From Octopus sinensis (taxonomy: Eukaryota), in NCBI RefSeq assembly GCF_006345805.1, contig NC_043004.1, forward strand, positions 22,940,001 through 23,004,000: a stretch of 64,000 nt of DNA. The letters are read 5' to 3'. A model generated the notes under the pieces. It searched no databases and had not been told where the DNA came from. It worked only from the letters and a program-made list of their open reading frames with translations. The position numbers and the translations under genes are program-made. Shown in pieces: positions 13,928 to 25,910 of this stretch (positions are counted from its first letter, which is position 1; every line of letters begins with the position of its first letter).

Positions 13928-14520
13928 GCCAATGTGAGGAAAAATTGTATAGACCCAAAGTGCCGTTACTGCAACGATGTTATTGAAACATTGAATCACC
14001 TAATCTCAGGGTGTAAGGTTTTAGCATCTGTAGAGTATAAATCAAGGCATGACACAGCTGGCCAATATCTACATTGGATATATATATAATGTCGGCATTA
14101 TAAAATCAAAGCTGCTAACAAATGGTAGAAGCACCATCCTGAGGCTGTAACAGAAGGAAAAAAAATGTAACGATTTTTTGGGACTTCCCAGCATGTATAG
14201 ACCGAACCATCAAAGCTAATAAGCCATATATTATTGTGAACAACGAAAGCAATAAAGTATGTTTATTGATTGACATGAGCATGCCTTGTGACCATATCTC
14301 GGCAAAATAATTTGATAAGCTCAGAACATATAAAGTTTTGGTAGTCGAAATCGAAAAGATGGATCTCAAGACGCTTACAGTAAAAGTGATTGCATGAGCT
14401 ATTGGAATGATCAAAAAAGAAATTGAAATTTATTTAAGTATGTTCCCCGGCTTACCATCCCTGCATGAAGTGCAAAAGATTGTCTTAAATGGTACGTCAC
14501 ACCTACTGAGAAGTGCATTG
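13925..14520 (+). mobile_element. R4/Dong-type LINE 3' fragment
   Basis: DPKCRYCNDVIETLNHLISGCKVLASVEYKSRHD (CCHC), then the RLE region and PGLPSLHEVQKIVLNGTSHLLR terminus; begins at a (TAA)n tract. Confidence 0.85.
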
Positions 14521-14654
14521 TTGCTGTTTCCTTTTGTTTCCTTTTCTCCTCTTTATTTTCTTTGTATACTTTTTTTTTATTTTCTATTTTTCTCTCTGTC
14601 TTTCTTCTCCTTATTCTGTATCCCATGACTTTGTAAATTAACTATCTGCCGTAT

Positions 14655-14845
14655 TTATTTTAATTTGCGGGAGGGGGATAGTCGATTACATCGATCCCTT
14701 TGCGTAACTGGTACTTATTTCATCGACCCCGAACGGTTGAGAAGCTAAGTCGACATCGACGGAATTTGAACTGAGAATGTAGCGGCGTGCGAAATGTCAC
14801 TAAGCATTTCGTCCACAAGCTAACGACTCTGCCAGCTCACTGCCT
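14655..14845 (-). mobile_element. tRNA-like SINE family B
   Basis: gtcgattacatcgatcc...actggtacttatttcatcgaccccgaa...ctaagcatttcgtcc. Confidence 0.75.
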
Positions 14846-14865
14846 TTATAATAATAATAATAATA

Positions 14866-14897
<32 letters not shown>

Positions 14898-14909
14898 TGT
14901 TATTGTTGG

Positions 14910-15575
14910 AGCGGAAGATCAGAGCTTACCTACCAGAAACTACCATGCAGAATTTGCGGAAAATTCACAGAGACAATTGATCATGTTGTTTCTGACTGTC
15001 CAATCCTCGCTGAAAGAGAGTACCTCATAGAGCATGACAGACTAGGGCAATACATCCCCTGAAATGCTTGTAAATACAACAAAATTAAATCCCATGATCA
15101 GTTGTACAGGCACCATCCAGAGTATGTAGTAAATGGTGAGGTCGTGACCATCTTTTGAAACTTCCCAATACAAACAGACAGAAAAAAATGACTCAAGTCA
15201 ACCAGACATTGTGATCAAGGACTACCACAGAGGACATTGTCTGTTAATAGATATGTCAATCCCACAAGATCAAAATATCTCAAGAAAGAATACGTAAATC
15301 TTCCTCACTATAAATATCTGCAAATAATTGGTGCATTGGTAATGACAAAGGAAGGAGCTGAGAAGTATATTAAGCAAATCCATGGTAACTCCAATCTCCG
15401 TGAACTACAAATAATAACGTTGATGGGTACAGCCCATATACGACGGAAAACACTCTTCATCTAAATTAAAATAAATGTGGGGATAATTTTAGCATGCGTA
15501 GAAAAACAAGTGTCCTTGCTACTCTTGGCCACCGGAGGATGCCCCGTACTAAGGCAGCTGAAATAAAGTTATAAT
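14910..15575 (+). mobile_element. R4/Dong-type LINE 3' fragment
   Basis: CRICGKFTETIDHVVSDCPILAEREYLIEHDRLGQYI (CCHC) and ELQIITLMGTAHIRRK terminus; flanked by (TAT)n and (TTA)n. Confidence 0.85.
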
Positions 15576-17249
15576 GAAAAGTAACAATAAATAATAATAA
15601 TAATTATTATTATTATTATTATTATTATATTATTATATTATTATATTATTATTATTATTATTAATATTATTATTATTATTATTATATTATATTATTATTA
15701 TTATTATTATTATCATTATTATTATTATAAAAGTATTATTATTATAAAAGTAACAGCAATATTTCCTAAGAAGATTTCACATTCGTCTCTGGAAGGCTTT
15801 AAAAAGCTATATAAATTACAAGGTATTATTTAATTCTCCCAGGAAAAAAAACGCTTAGTTAACCTGTTCTAGATACTAACTTAGGATCTTAAAGTGCATG
15901 CCTGAATATTACTAAGTATATACAGCATATTTAATCCAGCAAAAAGCGTACAAATAAGCACGATAGATGGGATAACAGCAACAATGAAGTTGATTATTCT
16001 TTTTACTGGAGGATAGATTTCTGTTTTCATGTACTAGGTACATGTTTTTGATGTACTAGGTACAGCGTATTATGGGTATATGATGTTTAGACACCGAAAA
16101 AATACAACAAACATCAGTTTTGATGATGTTTAAATTCATGTCATGTATGGATGTCATACAAGCATATACTACAATACTGAGAATTATTATAATTACACAT
16201 AATATATTATTGTCAAGACATCAATGGAAGACCGAAGCGAAACATTGAACATTGAAAGAATACAAGTTATTGGCAATAAGAACAATGAGCAGTGTTACAA
16301 AGTCATGAGACAGTGACTGAGATAAAATTATGGGTTATCGACAGTCTAAAATCATTATAGAACTTCTGATCGGGAAGAGTCTAAAATTATATTGACACTC
16401 ATAAACAGTGACATCAATTACAGCCAGACTTTCCCACTATCTTCCTAGATTTTGAGCTACATTTTATGACTTGATAGGTTTGGATTTTTATAGTCCTTTA
16501 GTGGCAGATAATTTCCGTTGCCAATATGTATTCTTATGGTGTCTGCAGAAGTGGGTGTGGTACTAAATACACTTTGGAGAATCAGAAACACTAAAATCAC
16601 CTTTTGACGTTTGTAGACCTTAACGTAGACACGTACGCAAAGTAAGTTCTTGAATTTATTATGTCTTCATTGATAACTCAACTCAAACAGTTCACTTATC
16701 AATGAAGAATAAAGATTTTGGCAGTGTTCTCCTTGAACTGACATTTACATTAACTTTATTTGACCTTTTACAGATTCTCTAGCAGACAAAACTCGTACAA
16801 TATAAAACAATACATAAAATAGGACACTTCGATTTCCTCTGATTACTATAACAAAGCCGTTAAAAAAATTACTACGTGACGACAATGTCTTATATTGTTA
16901 GGGGGAGGGGTTTGCGGAATAAATATTTTCATCTGATTACCATTTGCAGTTTGTGCGAAGTATAATACAAACTAACAATCTTAGAAGTGAAGTTAGTTAC
17001 GAGATACACCTACAATTGATTTCACATAAAAAGGTAGATTGCGAATAATAAATTCTGACAAGGCCTTTGTTACTCTTATCATTGCAGCTTGAAATTGTTA
17101 TCGTTCATGTGGATTGCAGCCAGCAAGTATAAACTTGCAAATTAAACATCATTTCTTTACAGAATCACTATTTCAATATTCAAAACCTTAGCTTAGTTTC
17201 ACTTTTAACTAGATTTCTTCAGTTAACAGCACGTCTCGTGTGTGTGTGA

Positions 17250-17500
17250 GTGTGTGTTTAAGTATGTATTTTTTTATTGCCTACAGGGGGCTAAACATGG
17301 AGGGGACAAACAAGGACAGACAAAGGGTTTAAGTCGAGTACGTCGAGCCCAGGGCGTAACTGGTACTTATTTAATTGACCCCGAAAGGATGAAGGGCAAA
17401 GTGACTTCGGCGGAGTTTGGACCCAGAATGTAACGGCCAACGAAATGACGCGAAGCATTTCGCCTGGCGTGCTAACGATTCCACCTGCTCACCACCCTAT
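17250..17500 (-). mobile_element. tRNA-like SINE family B, near full length
   Basis: gggctaaacat..gaggggacaaacaaggacagacaaagg tail plus gaccccgaaaggatgaagggcaaagt core. Confidence 0.8.
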
Positions 17501-18111
17501 ATATATATAATCTGTATCAACACACACACAAACACACACACACACACACACATACATACATACATACATACATACATACATACATACATACATACATACA
17601 TACATACATACATACATACATACATAAAAGTCTCCAGACTTTTATTTGCAGTTGAAGAAATAGCCATATTTTTGGCTGCTATTTCTGAAAAGTTCGGTGT
17701 GTGGTAAAGTGAATTTTTTTACTTTACCATATTTTTATAAATTAATACTTCAAATACACCGTAAATGGTCTTTACATACCGAATACTGCTTGGTCGAATT
17801 TATTAACAATTAATTAATTCTACCCCCTTTTTTGATGACAATACATACATACATACATATATATATGTAGAAGTATATATGTGTGTGCGTGTCTGTATGT
17901 ATATTGGAAATAGTGAACCTCAAAGAACACATAAAGCTACAAAACCAGGACAGATAGGTATTGCGTTCAAACAACCCTCATGAGAGGATATTTGTATGCT
18001 GAAATTTGTAGCTTTATACGTTCTGCGACAACCATTATTCTTAAAAGAAATTCACGTTCCCTCGGAAGTTTATAAAATTCTTAAAACATATATATATATA
18101 TACATGCATAA

Positions 18112-18147
<36 letters not shown>

Positions 18148-18300
18148 ATATATATATATATATACTTATATATATATGCATATATACATACATATATAAT
18201 ATATATATTATATATATATATATATATATAATATATATATATATACATATAGTTCTATATACATATATGCATATATGTACGAATGTATACATAAATATAC

Positions 18301-18331
<31 letters not shown>

Positions 18332-18379
18332 CATATATATATACACACAGCTACATATATACACATATGCATACATGCA

Positions 18380-18444
<65 letters not shown>

Positions 18445-18815
18445 CTCAGACCAGTTACTGTATATCAGAACGTAAGTGTTACATAATGTCCATAATAAAG
18501 AGCTATATTTTGAAATTATACTCGAAGATGCTTATGTTAAAGCAATGCATATACATACGCAAATGTGCCCACCGAATTCGTTTCTTCTTAACTTCTATAA
18601 ATGTTGATATATTTTAATAAAATCTTCTACAAATGCGCTTTAGTTGGTGTAGGTTCCGAGTTGTTGCGAAAAAGATCTTTGCTTGCGATTGGAGAGAGAA
18701 GTTCCAGAAAATTCACTTGGGCTCGCCTTGCTTCATCATAATCTCCTGGATTTTTTTTTTCACTTCTTTAAAAAATTCGACAAATAGCTTTCAGAATCTG
18801 TACATCGCCGTTTAA

Positions 18816-19040
18816 TATTAGGTCGTCAAGTATGAAATTTGTAGAAAAGAAAAAATTTTGCCAATGTTTCATAAATGCAAAGAATAGTTTTATTCTTCAA
18901 AGTATGCAACCACATTTTCAATACACCTTTGTTATTTCAACAGTAGCTTGTCCAGCCCGGAACTATAAGAGCATAGCAATCTAGAGTAAATAAAATCTTG
19001 GAAGGCCTGTTTTACAGCATCGTCGGAATTAATTTTTTTT
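18816..19040 (-). mobile_element. mariner transposon 3' end (transposase C-terminus and TIR)
   Basis: The minus strand reads NSDDAVKQAFQDFIYSR...SSGLDKLLLK*QRCIENVVAYFEE*, like the mariner C-terminal F..F..GI.KL..RWQKC....G.YF motif. A TIR-like tattaggtcgtcaagtatgaaat lies at 18816. Its 5' side abuts the LINE at 19070. Confidence 0.75.
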
Positions 19041-19069
19041 CCCTATCAAAATATTATCCAAATTCTGAG

Positions 19070-20165
19070 AGAAGTGATAGTCAGTGGGGGCAAGATCAGG
19101 TGAGTATGGTGGATGATGGAGAACTTCCAACTCCAGCATCTGTAGTTTAGCCAGATTCATTTTTGCCTCAGGGAACTGTACTGGAGCAACTACTGTTCAA
19201 AGTGTCTCTTTCAGATATACCATCAGTTGCACAGATAGCCACACTTACTAGCTGTGCGGCGACTCAAATGTAGTACAAGCAATCAAGGATCCTTCTGATG
19301 GTAATCTTCTACAGAATGACCTAAATGCCATATATATTTAAAGCAAGCAAATTCCAAGACCTTCGCTACCAGCTAGTTGGTGCTCAGAAGTCACAACAAC
19401 GATACTTTGGACCAAAAGGAGCAGAAATCCAAGAATCACACACGATGGGTGATCTTGGGATTGATATGATCAACGATGTCATATCTACGTATGTCACCAT
19501 GATGGTGGCAGTGAGCAGGCGAATGGCTTGATGGATTCTGAGAATCTCCAGAACAAGATACCAGGAAACTATGCTAGTCTTATGGCGCACATTTATCCTC
19601 AACTATGGTCACCCTACACTGTAGGATTAATAGCAAAACTTGAGGCAGTTCAGAGATACTTCATGAGAAAGATTGCATCAATAGAACAGCTGAGTTACTG
19701 CGAGATACTGAAAGAGCTACGACTCTAATCTATGGAGCGAAGACGGGAGAGGTACGTAGTAATATATGTATGGAAGATAACGGAGGGGGCTGGCACCAAA
19801 CTTTGGAATTGAGAGATATACCAGACCTCGAAATGGACGTCACTGCATTGTTCCAAAAGTCCCACGTGTCTCATCTTGGGCAAGGGCCATGTACTTGCTG
19901 AGCTTGGGATTCAGTGGCCCACAGCTATTCATCTCCAAAATATCTGAGGGACCTCCATGGAGATGAAGTAAATATTTTCAAGAAATGACTTGGACTCTTA
20001 ATATCCAAAATCCCAGATGAACCAATATCAAGGCAGGAAACTCAAAAGAGCGCAGCAATATCGAACTCCCTCATTCACCAGAAGTCAAACCCATAGTATT
20101 GTCCAATTAAAAGGTGATTACAATAGCGGCGCCCCAGCATGGCCGAAACCTCAATGCTGAAACAT
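19070..20165 (+). mobile_element. CR1/L2-type LINE 3' fragment including decayed RT motifs
   Basis: ...PQGTVLEQLLF (RT motif B-like PQGTVLGPLLF), IYPQLWSP, KLEAVQRYFMRKI, LKELRL; same 3' end as 2205 and 44420. Confidence 0.85.
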
Positions 20166-20212
20166 ATTGTATATAGATGTATTGTGTATATATATATATA
20201 TATAAGTTATAG

Positions 20213-20560
20213 AAAGGGCAAAAGAAAATTTATTTCTATGCCAATATGCTGAGAGCAGACTTTAACTCGTCAATTTCGACATTTCATTATACATTCATTA
20301 TAAATACACGTCGAGGAGGGAAACTAGCAAATAGAATTGTTTTTAAAAGTTCGTTATTTCTAAATTGAATCAATTTTGGGATTAATCCTATGGATTCAAT
20401 ATAGAAATAACAAACTTTTTAAAAAACTTCTGTTGGCTAGCTTTCCTCGATTTCAGCACGACGTGTATTTATAATGAATGTATACTGAAATGTGAAAATT
20501 GACGATTTAAAGTCTGCTCTCAGCATATTGGCATAGACATAATTTTTGTTTTGTCCTTTT
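20213..20560. mobile_element. Foldback/MITE-like element with about 160-bp inverted arms and a 21-nt loop
   Basis: ctatgccaatatgctgagagcagactttaa...gaatc versus gattc...ttaaagtctgctctcagcatattggcatag. Confidence 0.8.
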
Positions 20561-20685
20561 TTTTAAGTTGTTTATAATTTTAACCTTTAAAGATATTTTA
20601 ATATGCTGCCACTTTTGATGAATTTATTTTTTCTGAAAAACTTTTATCCTATATTAGTAGTATATATATATATATATATAATATC

Positions 20686-20752
20686 AAAATAAGCAACAAG
20701 GATATCCAGAGATAATGCTGCATTACCTCTGGACATCCTTGTTGCTTATTTT
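20686..20752. repeat. 67-bp near-perfect palindrome
   Basis: aaaataagcaacaaggatatccagag-ataatgc-t-gcattac-ctctggacatccttgttgcttatttt with 2 mismatches; a shorter relative lies at 8900-8938. Confidence 0.85.
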
Positions 20753-20875
20753 AATTTTAATCACCTTATTTTGAAATTGTATGGATAATACCATATTAAA
20801 TTCTTGTGCTTCAACTTGAGTAACATATTCATCTGAATCTATATACATATATGTATATATATTTTTATATATATT

Positions 20876-20906
<31 letters not shown>

Positions 20907-20926
20907 TATTGTGTGTGTATATATAT

Positions 20927-20959
<33 letters not shown>

Positions 20960-21052
20960 TGTGTATATTTATATTATATATATATTTATTGTGTATATTT
21001 ATATATTATATATATAATATATATATATATATATATTATAATTTTATATCCA

Positions 21053-21346
21053 TATACATAATTATAACAATGGAATGGTTTTACGCCGCAGCACATACTG
21101 TAGAAATAGACGTTAAATGTCCTATTACCACCTAAAATTCTCCGAGAATAACACATTATATTATATTGTAGGCGAGAAAAGAAAAATAGTGAATCAACCG
21201 AAAAGCTGTTGATTCATTAGTTTTCTTTTGCTCTCCTTCAATATAATGGTATTCTCGGAGAATTTGAGGTGGTAATAGGGCAGTTAACGCCTATTTCTAA
21301 GTGCGTGGTGATGCGTATAGCCAATCCCTTGTTATAATTATGTATA
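21053..21346. mobile_element. Foldback/MITE-like element, about 140-bp arms with a 9-nt loop
   Basis: tatacataattataacaa...gaatcaac [cgaaaagct] gttgattca...ttgttataattatgtata, flanked by TA-rich DNA. Confidence 0.8.
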
Positions 21347-21437
21347 TAATTATGAAATTACTTTGTAAATTAACTATGAGGTTTTTATTTCTGCACTGAA
21401 CACCTGGTAAAATTATTAATGTTTTCACCCTTTATTA

Positions 21438-21680
21438 TCTCAAATATACATAAAACTGAGAATGTTTGTCTGTCTGTCAGTCTGTGTGTTTCCCTAAAAC
21501 TTGAGAACTACACAACCAATTTCATTCAAATTTTACACATGCCTTACTTAGGGTCCATGTCGTTTCATGGGCAAAAGAAATGTTCAAACTTCTTGCCTAC
21601 GGCGAGCCCACAGCAGTATCATATCTTCTCCACTATTTCAGTATTACGTGTTAAAAGTGAAACAAAAACATCTCTCTATT
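21438..21680 (+). mobile_element. 5' part of a non-autonomous Helitron-like element
   Basis: A|TC start followed by atatacataaaactgagaatgtttgtctgtctgt...aaccaatttcattcaaattttacac, a pattern typical of non-autonomous Helitron/DINE-like elements; assignment from recalled family features. Confidence 0.55.
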
Positions 21681-21692
21681 GTATGTATATGG

Positions 21693-21728
<36 letters not shown>

Positions 21729-21749
21729 CAAAATATAAAGTTATATCTT

Positions 21750-22500
21750 GAGATCGTTAGTGACAACAACGCTCAAAATATATAACTGGAATAGTAGTGC
21801 TGAAATGAGCTGTATACACTTTTTAATCCGAGAGGAGGCAATGCCAGCAGCAACTACAAGAGCACTACAAAATCCACAGAAAGATCAAACACATACATAT
21901 ATTCATATATATCTACAGAACAGATATAAAGCCCGACGTTTAGAAATATATAGTAATATATAAATATATAAGCATCATATAAAAATATATTGTACGCATA
22001 AGATCCACTCGACGATCCATAAGAAATTTAATAATAAAAATAGCAATAAAAGTTAGAGGTAATAATAACAATTGAATTAAATATAGTAAATATAGTAAGT
22101 AGTAATTAAAATAAAACTAAAGTATGGTAATTAAATCGTAATATAACAATTAAAAGAAAAAATAGCAATTAGTACAAAATGTATCAAAGACTTGAACTGG
22201 AATATGTGGCTTTGCATGAATGGGAGAAACTAAAAGATTAAAAATTTAATTGAGTGCAGAAGTGAATTAGTGCGGATGGAGCTGTGCGCATACCATTTAC
22301 TATAGCTGCTAGATTGAATTATATGCTTATAAAGTAGCATTCTGGTCTTTCGCATGTAGCCGGTATGTAATTGTGCATTTTTTTTCCGTGTACTATGTGT
22401 TGTGTATAAAAAACATCCTGACGAGGGGAGTGTCAATTTTAAATATATGATATGTTTCATATTAATTGGCGCATCTCCGAAACGACCTGTAGATGAACTT
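21750..22500 (+). mobile_element. Heavily decayed Penelope-like element 3' region (GIY-YIG remnant plus terminal hammerhead)
   Basis: QTHTYIHIYLQNRYKARR resembles the YIG.T...FK.R motif; NLIECRSELV resembles the C-terminal LN.RSEL motif; an intact hammerhead core follows. Confidence 0.5.
22414..22495 (+). ncRNA. Minimal type I hammerhead ribozyme with intact catalytic core
   Basis: Stem I catc(22414-17)/gatg(22492-95); CTGACGA 22418-24; stem II 22425-22478 (gggga/tctcc then gtgtcaatt/aattggcgc); GAAAC 22479-83; loop gacct; GTA 22489-91. Confidence 0.75.
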
Positions 22501-22627
22501 TTACCTATTTTTGTAAATTTGTATATTTATCTTCTATGTATTTTTCTCTGGAATTTTAATTCCTCTTTTTAATATGTCATTGTATGTTTTATTACCCCAA
22601 ATTTTTAATTTAACCAATTTATACCAA

Positions 22628-22668
22628 ACTAGCACTATGACCCGGCGTTGCCGGGTCATAATGCTAGT
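22628..22668. mobile_element. Helitron-type 3' terminus (GC-rich hairpin plus CTAG|T), palindromic
   Basis: actagca-c-tatgacccggc-gtt-gccgggtcata-a-tgctagt. Confidence 0.65.
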
Positions 22669-25149
22669 AATATATATATACATACACACATATATATATA
22701 TATATGTGTATGTATATTGTGTGTATACATATGTTTGTATATATACATATGTGTGAGTATGTATTTATGTATATACATATACATGCGTGTATTTAAGTAT
22801 GTATTAGTTATTTAATCAAAACATTCCAATTATTACAACTTTATCTTTCTCGGATATTCTGCATCTGAGACAACGATATCAAATCTGTCCTACCAATTTT
22901 GGATTATATTTTGTGCTATGAGGTTTATTTAAAGTATTTGTCTGTTGCTTCTATTTTATTGGGAAGGGAAACGCATCGTATTTGAAATGTAATTGCTTCT
23001 ACACTGTCAATGTAGCTTCTTGAATTTAATTGTATAGAAACGGTGTTGTGTAAATATTTATGTGCGCTATATAATATATTGAAACATTGAATATAGAGAA
23101 GTTACTTGCATAATGTTGCGGTATAAATACAATTGTATATTCTATAAATAACACCAAATTGTAGAATTTGCTGAAGTTAGCTGTGTATGTTGCTCTGTTG
23201 TGAATATAAGCTGTGCTATGATATACATTGCTGAGGTAGTGAGAGAGAGATGGGAATGTTGAGAAAAAGAATGGATCGTGGGATGTATAATTATATATAG
23301 CAAAAATTATGTGTATGCATTATTATAATTGTATGTGAATTCTGTGTGTATGTATGTGTGTCTTGCATACAATTTTATTAAGAATCAATTCCGTTTACAA
23401 AATAACTATTACTCTATGTATGTAAGTATGTATGTATGTAAGTATGTATGTATGTATGTATGTAAGTAAGTATGTATGTATGTAAGTATATATGTATTTA
23501 TGTATGCATGTATGTATGTCTGCATGAGTGTATGTATGAAATGTATAATTATTATTGTAAATATTCATATATCATTTTGAACAGCTTCGGTCCTGTTGGC
23601 TTTATAGAATAAAGAATGCAAAAAGCAAAATATCTTTCATTCTTACTTAATTCCATTTACCGAAGTTTACTCTACCTGTCGAGAAAATAAACACTGTTGT
23701 TGTTGAATCAAGTTGTGGTGACGCATTGCAATAAAAAATATAATTTATTGTAACAGCCTTCCAAAAATACTACAAATGGCTTTGTTAACAACTTATGAAA
23801 TACTAAATCATTGAAGCAATCCCAACACAGGATTGAAACTAGCTTGGCGGACTCGCTTCAGTCCTTGGAGATAAATTATAATAAAGACGAATGTCTATAG
23901 ACATCAGTCTATAATACAGTTATAGATATATTTAGTCGTGGATTGTAGCATGGATGTGATAAAATAGGATTCCTCTCCGAGCGAATCTTGCTCTCGGTAC
24001 TGTTTTAAAATCTATATTTTACATTTATAACTTGATGAGTTTCTTACTTTTGCTTTAAATTCAGAAATTCATGCCTAGTAATTTCTATGATAGGAGTAAG
24101 AATGACATCCATGAATTTATTGCATTGTCTGTGGAACTGACAGTTGAAAAGTTATGTAACAGAGAAGATTGCCCCAATCGTACATAGGTGTCATGTGGTG
24201 TTAGTAATGAATAGATGTATTGTCTGAAGAAATACTGGTCATCATTTAACCAATTAAACTTCCTGAATGTTGTGTCACAACATGGCTAGAATCTAATGAG
24301 TTAACCCAGGAACTGAACAAAAAGGAACTCATTTTAGAGACATTAATATCAATACAACTACTTAAAAATCTGATAAATATTTTACTTCACCCCAAATCGT
24401 GTCCTTTTCGCCATTTAACCTAAGGTGAATCGTAATCAGATTACTATCAACATATACTATCTGTGAGCCAATCTGTCATTTTAAATGTATGCAACATTGC
24501 ATTATATAATACGTTCTGCCTGCCAGCAGCTAATATACATAAGTAGAGAGATCCATGGGATTGATATGACAAGGCAGGAATTCAACCGATTTCACTGAAA
24601 TAGATACATCGACCGGTGTTTTGTATAAACAGAAACTAATTTCAGAAACGGGTTATCAGTGAAGAAGAAGGATAATTGCCCTTTGGAGATCTGTTTATTA
24701 TATTTGTATGTAAGGATTTTAGAAGATACGCACTGCTTACACATCACATAATATATTGCTGATCAATTAAAATCGGATCAAACAATATGATCGAGGCAGG
24801 ATAATGTAACAGCTGTACACAATGTGTATATTACGTATGTGTATATGTGTGTGAAACGTAACAGCTAGATTTGATCACACCAAGATCCTTCAGTATCCAT
24901 GCGTATTACCAAAAAATATTTTTTGGAATCTTTCTTCGAAGTTATTTTGTTTCTTTCTTCTTTTCTTTCCCTCCTATTCTTTCAATACATCTCTCTCCTT
25001 GCTTCTCTGTCTTTTCTTCTCATTCTCTATTTATCTATCTATCAACATATAGATAGATATGCATATGTATACACACATGCACACGCATACACACATACAG
25101 ACACAGCAATACTCACACACACATACTTGTGTGTATGCGTATGTCTAAG

Positions 25150-25262
25150 CTTAAAAGAATAATTGCCGGGATCACTTTCTTCGACTAAAATCCTTTAAGA
25201 CGGTGCCCCACTACGGCTACAGTCAAATGACTGAAACTAGTAAAATAAGCAGAAAAGAATTT
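25150..25262 (+). mobile_element. SINE/LINE-like 3' tail fragment
   Basis: ttcttcgactaaaatcctttaagacggtgccccactacggctacagtcaaatgactgaaactagtaaaa; the ggtgcccca...ctgaaacta end resembles the 3' ends of the CR1/L2-type LINE copies (45222-45262). Confidence 0.55.
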
Positions 25263-25872
25263 ACAAATATTTTTCACTTTCTTATCCACAATGCACAAGA
25301 CAGATACATGAGCTGATCCTACACTGACAGGATTTTGCTCAACTGAACCACTTTACGTCCTACTCACACAGTAATATCTCTAAGTTAAAATTGTACTCTC
25401 TTTTTTTTGTGGCTGCTTCCTATGCCGTTTAATTTCAAGCATAATCTCTGTCTCAGATTACAATAACATATTTATCCTCACTCGAGGTGATAGTGAGTAA
25501 TTATTTGGGAATACAACTTCAATTTCTAGCACTTCAAATTTAAGACGTATATTTCATAGGTGTAAACATTTTTAGAAATTTCGAGCAGGTGTTGTACATA
25601 CAGTTTTACAAAACTGAACTTCTAGTATATATGAGCAAACCTGTTCATATAGGTAGCTACGTTTATTTGTGCTTAGCTTAAACTCATTTTCTCTCCATCG
25701 TTTAAGATTTCATCCATGTATTTGTGACAAATGGCTCACTTCGTTTCCCGATTTTATTGGAAGGTTTATTTGATTAATTTGTCAACGGTGAGAAAAACTA
25801 ATGCTATAAATAAACTGCTTATTCTAGGGTATATAATTACACTGGCACACGCACACACACACACACTCTCTC

Positions 25873-25910
<38 letters not shown>

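Noticed and set aside
16548-16642. AG...GTAAGT exon-like segment
   Set aside because: All three frames contain stops.
22780-23250. Possible decayed Helitron helicase or PLE coding remnant on the minus strand
   Set aside because: Translations gave only ambiguous fragments compatible with either or neither; not assignable by eye.
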